The translations under genes and the position numbers were made by a program. The notes under the pieces are model-generated. The model did no database searches and was not told the origin of the DNA. It saw only the letters and a program-made list of their open reading frames with translations. This document shows positions 20,148-28,418 of a stretch of 64,000 nt of DNA, piece by piece (the stretch's first letter is position 1; the number at the start of each line of letters is the position of its first letter). This stretch comes from an uncultured Acidobacteriota bacterium (GTDB taxonomy: Bacteria > Acidobacteriota > JAQAZP01): contig CAWIIB010000009.1 of assembly GCA_963836075.1 (NCBI GenBank), positions 2,016,001 to 2,080,000 on the forward strand. Reading direction: 5' to 3'.

Positions 20148-20358
20148 AAAAAATAAAAGGAGGGACTGGTCCCGAGGGCAAGGATCACCCCTCAAACCAT
20201 ACTGTATGACGAGGTCGCGGAGTCCCGGCCAGTCGGTCTGGGTGGAGCATCCGTCAGTCACGCCGGAACCCTGGATCGAACGGCTGGCCGCCATCGGCCA
20301 GAATCGCTTCGGATGTGCATCCGGGATACGCTCAGCAGTACATCCACGACCGAACATC
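20148..20358 (-). promoter_or_regulatory. Structured 5' leader with intrinsic terminator (riboswitch or attenuator candidate)
   Basis: UCGGUC/GACCGA and GUGGA/UCCAC close a multi-stem domain (20233-20353); hairpin 20160-20193 is followed by UUUUAUUUUUU, about 45 nt before the ATG. Confidence 0.55.
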
Positions 20359-20364
20359 TGTTGA

Positions 20365-20393
20365 AAGATAAAGGTTTACATGGGGAATGTCAA
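20365..20393 (-). promoter_or_regulatory. Sigma70-type promoter of the molybdoenzyme operon
   Basis: TTGACA-17 nt-TATCTT on the minus strand. Confidence 0.7.
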
Positions 20394-20647
20394 CGCGGGT
20401 CAGGGGCATGATCGACCCCTGCGGGGGGCCATTGTGGGCACCGTTTGCGGCGGCCAGGTATTTGCGATGGTCAACTATCGGCGCTACCCCTATTGAATAG
20501 GGAGGATAGGGGTTTCCCTATGGGAAACGGCAGGTGTCGGTGGCCGGATCCCCGGCATACGTCAGGTCCGGCCGGACAAAAAAACCTGCCGGGGCCGCGG
20601 GATTTTCAGCACTACCGCCCGTGGCAGGTCGTGTTGCGTCGTCCGTT

Positions 20648-20722
20648 TCAGATCGCGTTGAGCCCCTGTTCGATGCCCCAGAACAGGTCGTCGTAGTCGT
20701 CCAAACTGACAGATAGGTGGCC
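20648..20722 (-). pseudogene. Diverged duplicate of the 3' end of the gamma-lyase gene (direct repeat of about 22474-22550)
   Basis: Encodes LSVSLDDYDDLFWGIEQGLNAI* versus LSVGVEDYDDLLWGIEQGLNAI*. Confidence 0.85.
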
Positions 20723-20997
20723 AGGGCCCCCGCGGCGGGTTTCGCCCGGGTCAGGCGCGGAACCTGGGGCCACGAACAGCTGGTGGGCTTCTCCTGTCAG
20801 CAGAAGCGGGCCGAGATCCTTACGCAGCAGGAGTGTGTCCTGGTGCAGGGTCGGTCCTGCCCCGCACGAACATGATGAGATGGGTGAGCTCCAATACACC
20901 ATGAGTGATATTCGCAGCAGGGGGAATTCCTGAAGCTGGTTTCTTGACGTTGGAAAAGGAAATGCCTATCCTGCGGCAGGATCTCTACGGAGGACTC

Positions 20998-22416
20998 ATG
21001 CAACGAAGAAAGACAAAGATCATCTGCACTCTCGGGCCGGCCACGGAATCGGCGGAGGGCATCGCCGAGTTACTCGAAGCAGGGACCGACGTCTTCCGCC
21101 TCAACTTCTCCCACGGGGACCGTGAGGATCACCGCCAGAAGATCCGTCGGATCCGCGGGGTCTCGAAATCTCTCGGCCGCGAGGTCGGCATACTGCAGGA
21201 CCTCGGAGGGCCCAAGATCCGGCTCGGCGAGCTCCCCGAGAATGGTGTTCACCTCGAGGTGGGGTCGACGATTGATCTCGGCATCGATGGAAAGGTCGAA
21301 TTCGGGGTCCTCCCGGTCGGCTATCCGCACCTTCTCGAAGACGTCGGTGTGGGGGAGCCCATTCTCCTCGCGGATGGCCTTGCCGAGCTTGAGGTGCTCG
21401 AAGTGCTGCACGACCGCCTGCGCTGCCGTGTAGTGATCGGCGGTACAGTGACGTCCCGCAAGGGGGTCAACCTTCCGCAGGCCGTACTACGTGTTTCCTC
21501 GTTTACCGAGAAGGACCGCGCCGATCTCGAAATCGGGCTCGACGAACGCGTCGACTTTGTCGCCCTCTCGTTTGTCCGTCACGAGGATGATCTCGTTCCG
21601 GTAAGGGAACGCATCTCACGGCTGGACCACCCACCGATGTTGATCGCCAAGATCGAAAAACCGCAGGCGGTGGAACGCCTGCATCCGATCCTCGATGCGG
21701 TCGACGGTGTGATGGTCGCCCGCGGCGATCTCGGAGTCGAGATGCCGCCCGAAAAAGTACCGATGATCCAGAAGGAGATCATCGCAGCCGCTCGTCGCGC
21801 CGGGAGGCCGGTCATCACTGCAACTCAGATGTTGCGATCAATGGTCGACAGCCCGCGCCCCCTCCGCGCCGAAGCATCGGATGTCGCCAATGCTGTCCTC
21901 GACGGCACCGACGCCATGATGTTGTCCGAGGAAACCGCCATCGGAAATTTTCCGGTCGAGGCAGTCCGTGTTCTCCACCGGGTGGCGATGGAGGCCGAAC
22001 CCAAGATCGATCATGAAAAGATGCTCGAGGATTCTCGCTCGCCGGCCGTTCCGGAGGTGACCGGCGCCATCAGCCGTGCGGCGTGCGAGCTTTCGACCGA
22101 CGTCGGAGCGGCCGCGATCGTTACGACGACGGCGTCCGGTGATACCGCCCGATTGGTGGCACGGCTCCGGTCGGTCACCCCGATTCTCGCTTTGACGACG
22201 TCGGAGGAGGTGGCCCGCCAGCTCAGGTTGTCCTGGGGAGTGCTTACGTCAGTTGTGGGGCAAACGGAGAACTCCGATGAGCTCGGTCAGGCGATTCGTA
22301 CGGAGCTTACACGGCACGGGCTCGGCGTGAAGGGAGCCCGGGTCGTGATCACCGCCGGACTCCCCCTCGGCTCCTCCGGATCGACCAACGTCATCCGGGT
22401 CGAAGAACTCGACTGA
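20998..22416 (+). CDS. pyk: Pyruvate kinase
   Basis: RKTKIICTLGPAT, FRLNFSHG, QDLGGPKIR, IAKIEKPQA, MVARGDLGVE, ITATQML, DGTDAMMLSEET. Confidence 0.97.
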   Translation: MQRRKTKIICTLGPATESAEGIAELLEAGTDVFRLNFSHGDREDHRQKIRRIRGVSKSLGREVGILQDLGGPKIRLGELPENGVHLEVGSTIDLGIDGKVEFGVLPVGYPHLLEDVGVGEPILLADGLAELEVLEVLHDRLRCRVVIGGTVTSRKGVNLPQAVLRVSSFTEKDRADLEIGLDERVDFVALSFVRHEDDLVPVRERISRLDHPPMLIAKIEKPQAVERLHPILDAVDGVMVARGDLGVEMPPEKVPMIQKEIIAAARRAGRPVITATQMLRSMVDSPRPLRAEASDVANAVLDGTDAMMLSEETAIGNFPVEAVRVLHRVAMEAEPKIDHEKMLEDSRSPAVPEVTGAISRAACELSTDVGAAAIVTTTASGDTARLVARLRSVTPILALTTSEEVARQLRLSWGVLTSVVGQTENSDELGQAIRTELTRHGLGVKGARVVITAGLPLGSSGSTNVIRVEELD

Positions 22417-22473
22417 ATCTTTATTCAAACCGGTTGCTCTACGTGTCATGGAAGGCCTCGTTCAGCGGTGGCC

Positions 22474-23649
22474 TCAGATCGCATTCAGCCCCTGCTCGAT
22501 GCCCCAGAGCAGGTCATCGTAGTCTTCCACACCCACCGAGAGGCGGACCAGCCCGTCGGTGATCCCGCCGGCCAGGCGCTCTTCGGGACTCATGCAGGCG
22601 TGGGTCATGGAGGCCGGGTGCTGGATCAGGGTGTCGATGGAACCGAGGCTCACTGCCAGGGTCGCCACCTTCACGCCTTCCATCATCCGTTTGCCGCCGT
22701 CGTAACCGCCCTCCACATCGAAGGCCATCAGGCTGGAGAAGCCGTCCATCTGCCGCTTGGCGATCTCGTGCCCCGGGTGGCCGGGCAGACCGGGGTAGAA
22801 GACATGGTTGACCTTGGGGTGACCGTTGAGGAACTCGGCCATCTTCATCGCGTTCTCCTGGTGCCGGTCCATGCGCAGGGAGAGCGTCTTCAGTCCACGC
22901 AGGATCAGAAAGGCGTCCTGGGGGCCGAGGATGGCGCCGGTGGAGGTGCGGTACTTGTAGAGCTTCTGCAGCAGCTCTTTGTCCTTCACCACCACGAAGC
23001 CGGCCACCACGTCACCGTGGCCGTTGAGGAACTTGGTGGCCGAGTGGATGACGATGTCCATGCCCATGGTCAGCGGGCGCTGGCAGTAGGGCGTGGCAAA
23101 GGTGTTGTCGATGATGGTCAGCAGGCCGTGCTTTTTGGCGATGGCCACCACCGCCTCGATGTCGATGACCTTCAGCGTGGGGTTGGACGGCGTCTCGAAG
23201 TAGAACGCCTTTGTCTCCGGCCGGATGGCCGCTTCCAGCTGCTCCAGGTGGCTCATGTCCACGAAGGTCGACTCGATACCGAACCGCTTGAGGCTGGTGC
23301 CGATCAGCGGCACCGTGGGGCCATAGAGTGTCGGGTCGGAGACCAGGTGGTCGCCCTTGTCGAACAGGGCGAGGAAGGTGGAGTTGATGGCCGCCATGCC
23401 GGCGCCGTAGGCCAGGGCGCCCACGCCCTCCTCCAGTGAGGCCACGGTGGCCTCCACCCGCTGCACGGTGGGGTTGCCGATGCGGGAGTAGATGTTGCCC
23501 TTCTCGGTTCCGGCGAAGAAACGGGCGCCCTCGTCGGCATCCTTGAAGTAGAAGGTTGCCGTCTGGACGATGGGCATGCAGTGGGCCTGCTCCGGCTTGT
23601 GGTGTCCGTCGGCGTGGATTTGACGCGTGGTGAATCCGAATTTTTTCAT
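22474..23649 (-). CDS. Cys/Met metabolism PLP enzyme, methionine gamma-lyase-like
   Basis: YSRIGNPT, FETPSNP, DNTFATP, HSATKFLNGHGDV (PLP Lys), AVSLG, HPASMTH, LVRLSVGVE. Confidence 0.9.
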   Translation of the reverse strand: MKKFGFTTRQIHADGHHKPEQAHCMPIVQTATFYFKDADEGARFFAGTEKGNIYSRIGNPTVQRVEATVASLEEGVGALAYGAGMAAINSTFLALFDKGDHLVSDPTLYGPTVPLIGTSLKRFGIESTFVDMSHLEQLEAAIRPETKAFYFETPSNPTLKVIDIEAVVAIAKKHGLLTIIDNTFATPYCQRPLTMGMDIVIHSATKFLNGHGDVVAGFVVVKDKELLQKLYKYRTSTGAILGPQDAFLILRGLKTLSLRMDRHQENAMKMAEFLNGHPKVNHVFYPGLPGHPGHEIAKRQMDGFSSLMAFDVEGGYDGGKRMMEGVKVATLAVSLGSIDTLIQHPASMTHACMSPEERLAGGITDGLVRLSVGVEDYDDLLWGIEQGLNAI

Positions 23650-23789
23650 CGTAGTATCTTCTCTTGAATGTTGTTAAAGCAGAATTATATTTTGTTAATA
23701 ACCTGTTTTATGTGAAGGATTAACCCTCCGAACGCATATTATCAGATATATCCTCTTCTTCCAAGTTGATTGGGGGGATTTTGTCTGGA

Positions 23790-25064
23790 TCAGGGTGTGG
23801 CGGAACGGGAGAGCCGCCAGAGCAGGATGGTCACCGTCAGGCCGGAGGCCACAGCGGCCGCGGCAGCCCCCATGCCGCCGTAAAGCGGTACGAGGACCAG
23901 GTTGGCCGCCAGGTTTACCAGCAGGGCCGCCGCCGTGCGCCAGGCCACCTGGCGCTCCCGCCCCTGGCTGTAGAGGCGGATGGCCAGGAAGTGGGCGAAC
24001 ATCATCAGCGGCAGCACCCAGGCCCGCAGGGCCAGCGGTCCCCAGGCCGGTGCGTATTCGCTACCCAGGGCAAGAACGATCAGCGGGCGGCCCACGACCA
24101 GCGCGGCCAGTGCGGCGGCCGTGCCATAGATCACCGCCGCCCATCGAAGTCGGCGGAAGGTGGTGGGGTCGCGGTCCGGGCGGCGGGAGAGATAGGGGTA
24201 GAGCGCGGCCACCATGGCGCCGGGCAGGATGGAGAGCCAGGCGGTGAAGCGGGAGGCGATGCCGTAGTAGCCGGCCTCCTCGGCCCCGCTGATCAGGGAG
24301 ACCAGTACGATGTCCAGCCGGTCGTGGAGGGTGAAGACCACCGAGGTGAGGAAGAAGACCGCCGCGGCCGGGGCCAGCGTGCGGATCTCACCGGTGAGCG
24401 GTTGCTGGCGGGCCGTGGCCGGAGGCGCTTCGGTGGACCGGCGAAAGGAAAACCAGCCGCAGAGGACCCGCAGGGTGGCCGAAGCGGCCAGGGCCGCGGC
24501 AGCGGCGGCCAGCGGCCAGGGGACGACGAACACGCTGAGGGCCACCGCCGTCTGAATCGCCGCGCCGGCCACGTTGATCCGGGCCACCGGCGCCATCCGT
24601 TCCAGGCCTTTCAGCGAGGCGGAGAAGACGCTCCAAACCCCTTCCAGGGCCAGCACCAGGAGGCCCAGCGCAAAGGCGAGCCTGGTCTGGGTCTCGTCGT
24701 AGCCCTGGAACAGCGGGAAGAGGACCAGGACGAGCGCGGCGGGCCAGAAAGTGAAGAGCGTCTTGGCCAGGCCGGCGGCCGCGGCCAGCCGCCGCACCCG
24801 CAGCCGGTCCCGGGCCGCCTGGCGGGTCAGGGTCATGTCGGTGCCGAAGTCCACCAGGATGGCCAGGATGCCGGTGAGGGCGGTGAGGGTGGCGTAGATC
24901 CCGAGCAGCCGCGGGCCGAGGCCCCTGGCGAGGATGATGGTCACCGCCACGCCAAAGGCCAGGGTCAGGGCGGAGTTCACCGCCATGTAGCCGGTGTTGC
25001 GGTAGACCAACTGCGAGGCCTCCCGCTCGTTCCCCGATGCTTCGGTATGTGTCGGTTCTGCCAT
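23790..25064 (-). CDS. Wzx/RfbX-type oligosaccharide flippase (MOP superfamily)
   Basis: ILARGLGP, DFG, RLDIVLV...AGYYGIA, NLVLVPLYGGMGAA; about 12 TM. Confidence 0.85.
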   Translation of the reverse strand: MAEPTHTEASGNEREASQLVYRNTGYMAVNSALTLAFGVAVTIILARGLGPRLLGIYATLTALTGILAILVDFGTDMTLTRQAARDRLRVRRLAAAAGLAKTLFTFWPAALVLVLFPLFQGYDETQTRLAFALGLLVLALEGVWSVFSASLKGLERMAPVARINVAGAAIQTAVALSVFVVPWPLAAAAAALAASATLRVLCGWFSFRRSTEAPPATARQQPLTGEIRTLAPAAAVFFLTSVVFTLHDRLDIVLVSLISGAEEAGYYGIASRFTAWLSILPGAMVAALYPYLSRRPDRDPTTFRRLRWAAVIYGTAAALAALVVGRPLIVLALGSEYAPAWGPLALRAWVLPLMMFAHFLAIRLYSQGRERQVAWRTAAALLVNLAANLVLVPLYGGMGAAAAAVASGLTVTILLWRLSRSATP

Positions 25065-25109
25065 GGCGGAGCAAGGATATCACAGCAGGCTGGAGGGCCT
25101 GCGTCGGAT

Positions 25110-25150
25110 AAAAAAAGCCGCGGCCCCGGCCCGAAAGCCCTGGGGTGAGC
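25110..25150 (-). terminator. Terminator-like UUCG hairpin plus U-tract upstream of the flippase
   Basis: Minus strand CCCC-AG-GGCU-UUCG-GGCC-GGGG...GCUUUUUUU. Confidence 0.45.
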
Positions 25151-25447
25151 TTCGGTTCAATCGCCGGGCGCGGCGAGCAGCAAGGTTGGAGGCAGTGTCT
25201 GCTTCCACCTGATCAGTCACCGGTTCTCGCGTAAATCTCACACACTTTATTTGAAATTTCCTGGAGGCGTTACCGCTGGTATGCCGCCGGAGGGTGACAG
25301 GTTGGAAACCGGCGGTCACAGGCCTCCGGGCGGCGGACGGCCCTTCCTGCTGCCGGAACCTGTGCTGCCGGGCCTGGCAGGCAATTTGCAATCCGGCAGG
25401 GGTGGCAGGAGATCCAATGCGTGTCGCTATTTTAAGGGAGGATCGGG

Positions 25448-25891
25448 ATGAGCTGTGTGAACAAGGTGATTCTGGTGGGCAACCTGGGCGCCGACCCCAT
25501 GTTGCGGGTGACCAGCGCCGGGCGGCATCTGGCCACCTTCTCGGTGGCCACCAGCCGCAACTGGCAGGACGACAAGGGCGAGTGGCAGCAGCAGACCAAC
25601 TGGCACCGGGTGGTGGTCTGGGGCGAGCGGGCCCAGACGGTGACGGACCGGATGGCCAAGGGGCACCGGGTCTATGTGGAGGGCCGTTTGCAGAGCCGCT
25701 CCTGGGAAGACGAACGGGGTCAGCGCCGTTACCTCACCGAGGTCCACGCCCGCCGGGTCTTCCAGCTCAGCGCCCCGCTGTCCGGTGACGCGGCAGGCGC
25801 AGAGGACGCGGCAGGTGAAGAGAGTGTTGTCCCGGGCAACGGCGCAGCGCCGGAGAACAGTGGAGAAGCGATGAACGACATGCCGTTCTGA
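25448..25891 (+). CDS. ssb: Single-stranded DNA-binding protein
   Basis: VNKVILVGNLGADP, FSVATS, WHRVVVW, VYVEGRLQSRSW, acidic DMPF tail. Confidence 0.95.
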   Translation: MSCVNKVILVGNLGADPMLRVTSAGRHLATFSVATSRNWQDDKGEWQQQTNWHRVVVWGERAQTVTDRMAKGHRVYVEGRLQSRSWEDERGQRRYLTEVHARRVFQLSAPLSGDAAGAEDAAGEESVVPGNGAAPENSGEAMNDMPF

Positions 25892-25966
25892 GACGCCGGT
25901 TTGCTCCGCAGTCGCTCAAGGGCCTACAATAGAATTCATTGTGGGCAGCGACATACGGAGCAGACC

Positions 25967-26668
25967 ATGGACACGTGCATTCTGTTTGATGTGGACGGCA
26001 CCCTGATCGATGCCGGGCGGGCCGGCTCGAGGGCCATGGCCGCTGCGTTTCTCGAGTTGTATGGCGTCGAGGACGCATTCGAGGGTGTGGTCTTCGACGG
26101 GATGACCGACGTCTGGATCATCGAACGGGCGGCGGAGCTCCGCGGCCTGCCGCCATTCGGTGAAAACGGCGAGGAGCGGCAGCGCTTCTTTGCCCTCTAC
26201 CTCGAGAAGCTGCACCAGCAGGTCCATGGGCCGGCCGAAAGCCTGGTGCATCCGGGGGTTCGTCAACTGCTCGATCTGCTGCTGGAGGCCGGGGCGGCAC
26301 TGGGGCTGGCCACCGGCAACATCGCCGCCGGGGCCCGGGAGAAGCTGTCGCCCCACGGTCTCAACGACTACTTCCCGGTGGGCGGGTTCGGGGACGACCA
26401 CCGCCAGCGGGCCAGGCTGACCCGGCTGGCGCTGGACCGGGCTGCGGAGCACTACCAGCAGTCGTTCGACCCCGGACGGGTGGTGGTGATCGGCGATTCG
26501 ATCCGCGATATCATGGCGGCCCGGGACAACGGCTACAAGAGCGTGGCCGTCTGCACCGGCTGGACCGAACGGGAGCGACTGCTGGAGATGGGCCCCGACC
26601 TGATCTTCGAGGACTTCTCCGAAGCGGGTCCGGCGGCGGTCTCGATTTTGGGGTGCTGCGATGAATAG
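25967..26668 (+). CDS. HAD-superfamily hydrolase (phosphoglycolate phosphatase-like)
   Basis: LFDVDGTL, LATGN, GGFGDD, VIGDSIRDI. Confidence 0.9.
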   Translation: MDTCILFDVDGTLIDAGRAGSRAMAAAFLELYGVEDAFEGVVFDGMTDVWIIERAAELRGLPPFGENGEERQRFFALYLEKLHQQVHGPAESLVHPGVRQLLDLLLEAGAALGLATGNIAAGAREKLSPHGLNDYFPVGGFGDDHRQRARLTRLALDRAAEHYQQSFDPGRVVVIGDSIRDIMAARDNGYKSVAVCTGWTERERLLEMGPDLIFEDFSEAGPAAVSILGCCDE

Positions 26669-28247
26669 GTGGCCGGGTCTGGCAGCGGCGCTGATCGGGC
26701 TGGCCATGCTGGCGGCACCGGCGGGAGCATCCGGCGGCCCGGCCACTAAACGGCCCACGGTTCTGCTGGTCACCATCGACACCATCCGTGCCGACCGGGT
26801 GGGCTGTTACGGCCACGACCGGCGCACCACACCAGTGATCGACCGGCTGGCCGGCCAGGGGCTGCTCTTCCGCGAAGCGGTGGCCACCGTGCCGCTCACC
26901 ACTCCGTCCCATACATCGATCTTCACCGGGCTGCACCCCCGTTCCCATGCCGTGCTGGGTAACTCCTGGCGGCTGGGCGACTCCTTCACGACCCTGGCCG
27001 AGCGGTTCCGTGAATCGGGGTACCGCACCGCGGCCTTTGTCAGCGCCGTGGTCCTCGACCCCCGCTGCGGCCTTGATCGTGGTTTCGGGCACTACAGCGC
27101 GTTGCCGCGCCCCGGGCCGGACGATGCCATGAGCATCCCGAGGCCCGGCGGCCCACCAGCGGAAGGCAGTGCCCCTGGCCGGACCCGCCGGATGACCGGA
27201 CGGCAGCGTCCGGGCAATGAGACTGTGGACGCGGCGCTGGCCTGGATGGATAGCCAGCAGGGCAAGGCGCCGCTCTTTGTCTGGGTCCACCTCTACGACC
27301 CCCACCAGCCCTATGATCCGCCCCAGCCCTATCTTGAGCTGTTCGGCCCGGAACGGGGGGAGCGCAGCCTGTCCACCATACTGCGGCCGGGGTTCGATGA
27401 GCCCGAGTTCGAGCATCGGGAGGAGCGGGTCCAGCGGGACATGGCGCGGCGGCGCGAACGGGTTCCTCCTTCGCACCGGGATCCCCGGTCGATGATCACG
27501 GCCACGTCGCTCACCGACTCCGAGCGGCAGCGGATCGACGAGCTGTATGACGGCGAGGTGGCCTTTGCCGACTTCCAGGTGGGGCGCCTGCTGGCCTGGC
27601 TCAAGGGCCGCGGGCTGTATGACGGCACCGTAGTGGCGGTGATGGGCGATCATGGGGAAACCCTGGGCGAGCACCACGACTACTACGGCCACCACCACGT
27701 GCTCTACGACACCTCCCTGCGCATCCCCATGGCCCTCCGGCTGCCCGGGGGCGCCGACGGGCAGATCCGGTCAGCCGCCGCCAGCACGGTCGATCTGTTT
27801 CCCACCCTGCTGCATGCTGCCGGTCTGGCCAAACATGCGGGTCTGGACGGCCGCGACCTGCTCAGGGTCACGGCGGGACGGCCGCTTTACTGCGAGACCT
27901 ACCTCGGTATCCGGCCGCGGCACATGCCCGACGATTTCGAGCGGCGGCCCCTGACCGGCCGTTTCGCTACGGGGATCCACCAGCACGCGGTGCGGGATGG
28001 CCGCTGGAAGCTGATGCTGGCTAACGGCGGGGACACATCGCCGCAACTCTACGACCTCGAGGCCGACCCGGGTGAGCAGACCGATGTGGCCGGCTCCCAC
28101 CAGGACCTGACCAGGGCGCTGCTGCGGCACTGGCAGCGCTGGTGCGAGACTCACGCACTGCCCCAGCGGGACCGCAGCCACCGCCCGGACCCTGTAGTGG
28201 ACGAGGAGATGCGGGAGAAGCTGCGGCAGTTGGGCTACGTGGAATAG
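26661..28247 (+). CDS. Secreted sulfatase-like protein
   Basis: LVTIDTIRAD, WVHLYDPHQPY, YDGEVAFAD, GDHGE, LYDLEADPGEQ, LRQLGYVE. Confidence 0.88.
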   Translation: MNRWPGLAAALIGLAMLAAPAGASGGPATKRPTVLLVTIDTIRADRVGCYGHDRRTTPVIDRLAGQGLLFREAVATVPLTTPSHTSIFTGLHPRSHAVLGNSWRLGDSFTTLAERFRESGYRTAAFVSAVVLDPRCGLDRGFGHYSALPRPGPDDAMSIPRPGGPPAEGSAPGRTRRMTGRQRPGNETVDAALAWMDSQQGKAPLFVWVHLYDPHQPYDPPQPYLELFGPERGERSLSTILRPGFDEPEFEHREERVQRDMARRRERVPPSHRDPRSMITATSLTDSERQRIDELYDGEVAFADFQVGRLLAWLKGRGLYDGTVVAVMGDHGETLGEHHDYYGHHHVLYDTSLRIPMALRLPGGADGQIRSAAASTVDLFPTLLHAAGLAKHAGLDGRDLLRVTAGRPLYCETYLGIRPRHMPDDFERRPLTGRFATGIHQHAVRDGRWKLMLANGGDTSPQLYDLEADPGEQTDVAGSHQDLTRALLRHWQRWCETHALPQRDRSHRPDPVVDEEMREKLRQLGYVE

Positions 28248-28349
28248 AAGCGGTCCCAAAGCCTCGCCTGAGGCTCCCGGGCGGCGTTGATCGCCTTGCC
28301 CGGAAACCACAGTCAAGGCTTTTGAACCACTTTCTTTATTCTAGAGGGC

Positions 28350-28400
28350 AAAAAAAGGGGACCGGCCCCCGCCTTTTGGTGCCGGTCCCTTTCTTGTTTT
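28350..28400. terminator. Bidirectional intrinsic terminator between convergent genes
   Basis: A-run, GGGACCGGC...GCCGGTCCC, T-rich run. Confidence 0.75.
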
Positions 28401-28418
28401 CGTAGCCTGTTTATCCGC

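Noticed and set aside
20220-20275. ykkC-like AGGGUUCCG...GACUGG and ZTP-like CGUGACUG in the leader
   Set aside because: The required 3' elements of both classes are missing
20106-20357. 84-aa N-terminal extension of the molybdoenzyme in the ORF track, as a possible Tat leader
   Set aside because: No RRxFLK motif or hydrophobic core; a good RBS precedes ATG 20105; the region reads better as a structured UTR
20159-20372. SAM-I-like fragments GGAGGGACTGG and GAAAGATAA on the plus strand
   Set aside because: Antisense to the operon; no adjacent TTATC-AGAG or GCAACC; they coincide with the terminator arm and the -10 box
20556-20585. GTCAGGTCCGG resembling the SRP RNA core
   Set aside because: Not followed by AAGGAAGCAGC, and there is no enclosing long helix
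25135-25260. Possible 6S RNA (GGTTCAA/TTGAACC)
   Set aside because: No ~180-nt rod with a central bubble could be built; kept only as an unknown structured RNA candidate
25448-25891. ssb as a marker of a prophage or plasmid
   Set aside because: No phage, conjugation or integrase genes nearby; host-like codon usage
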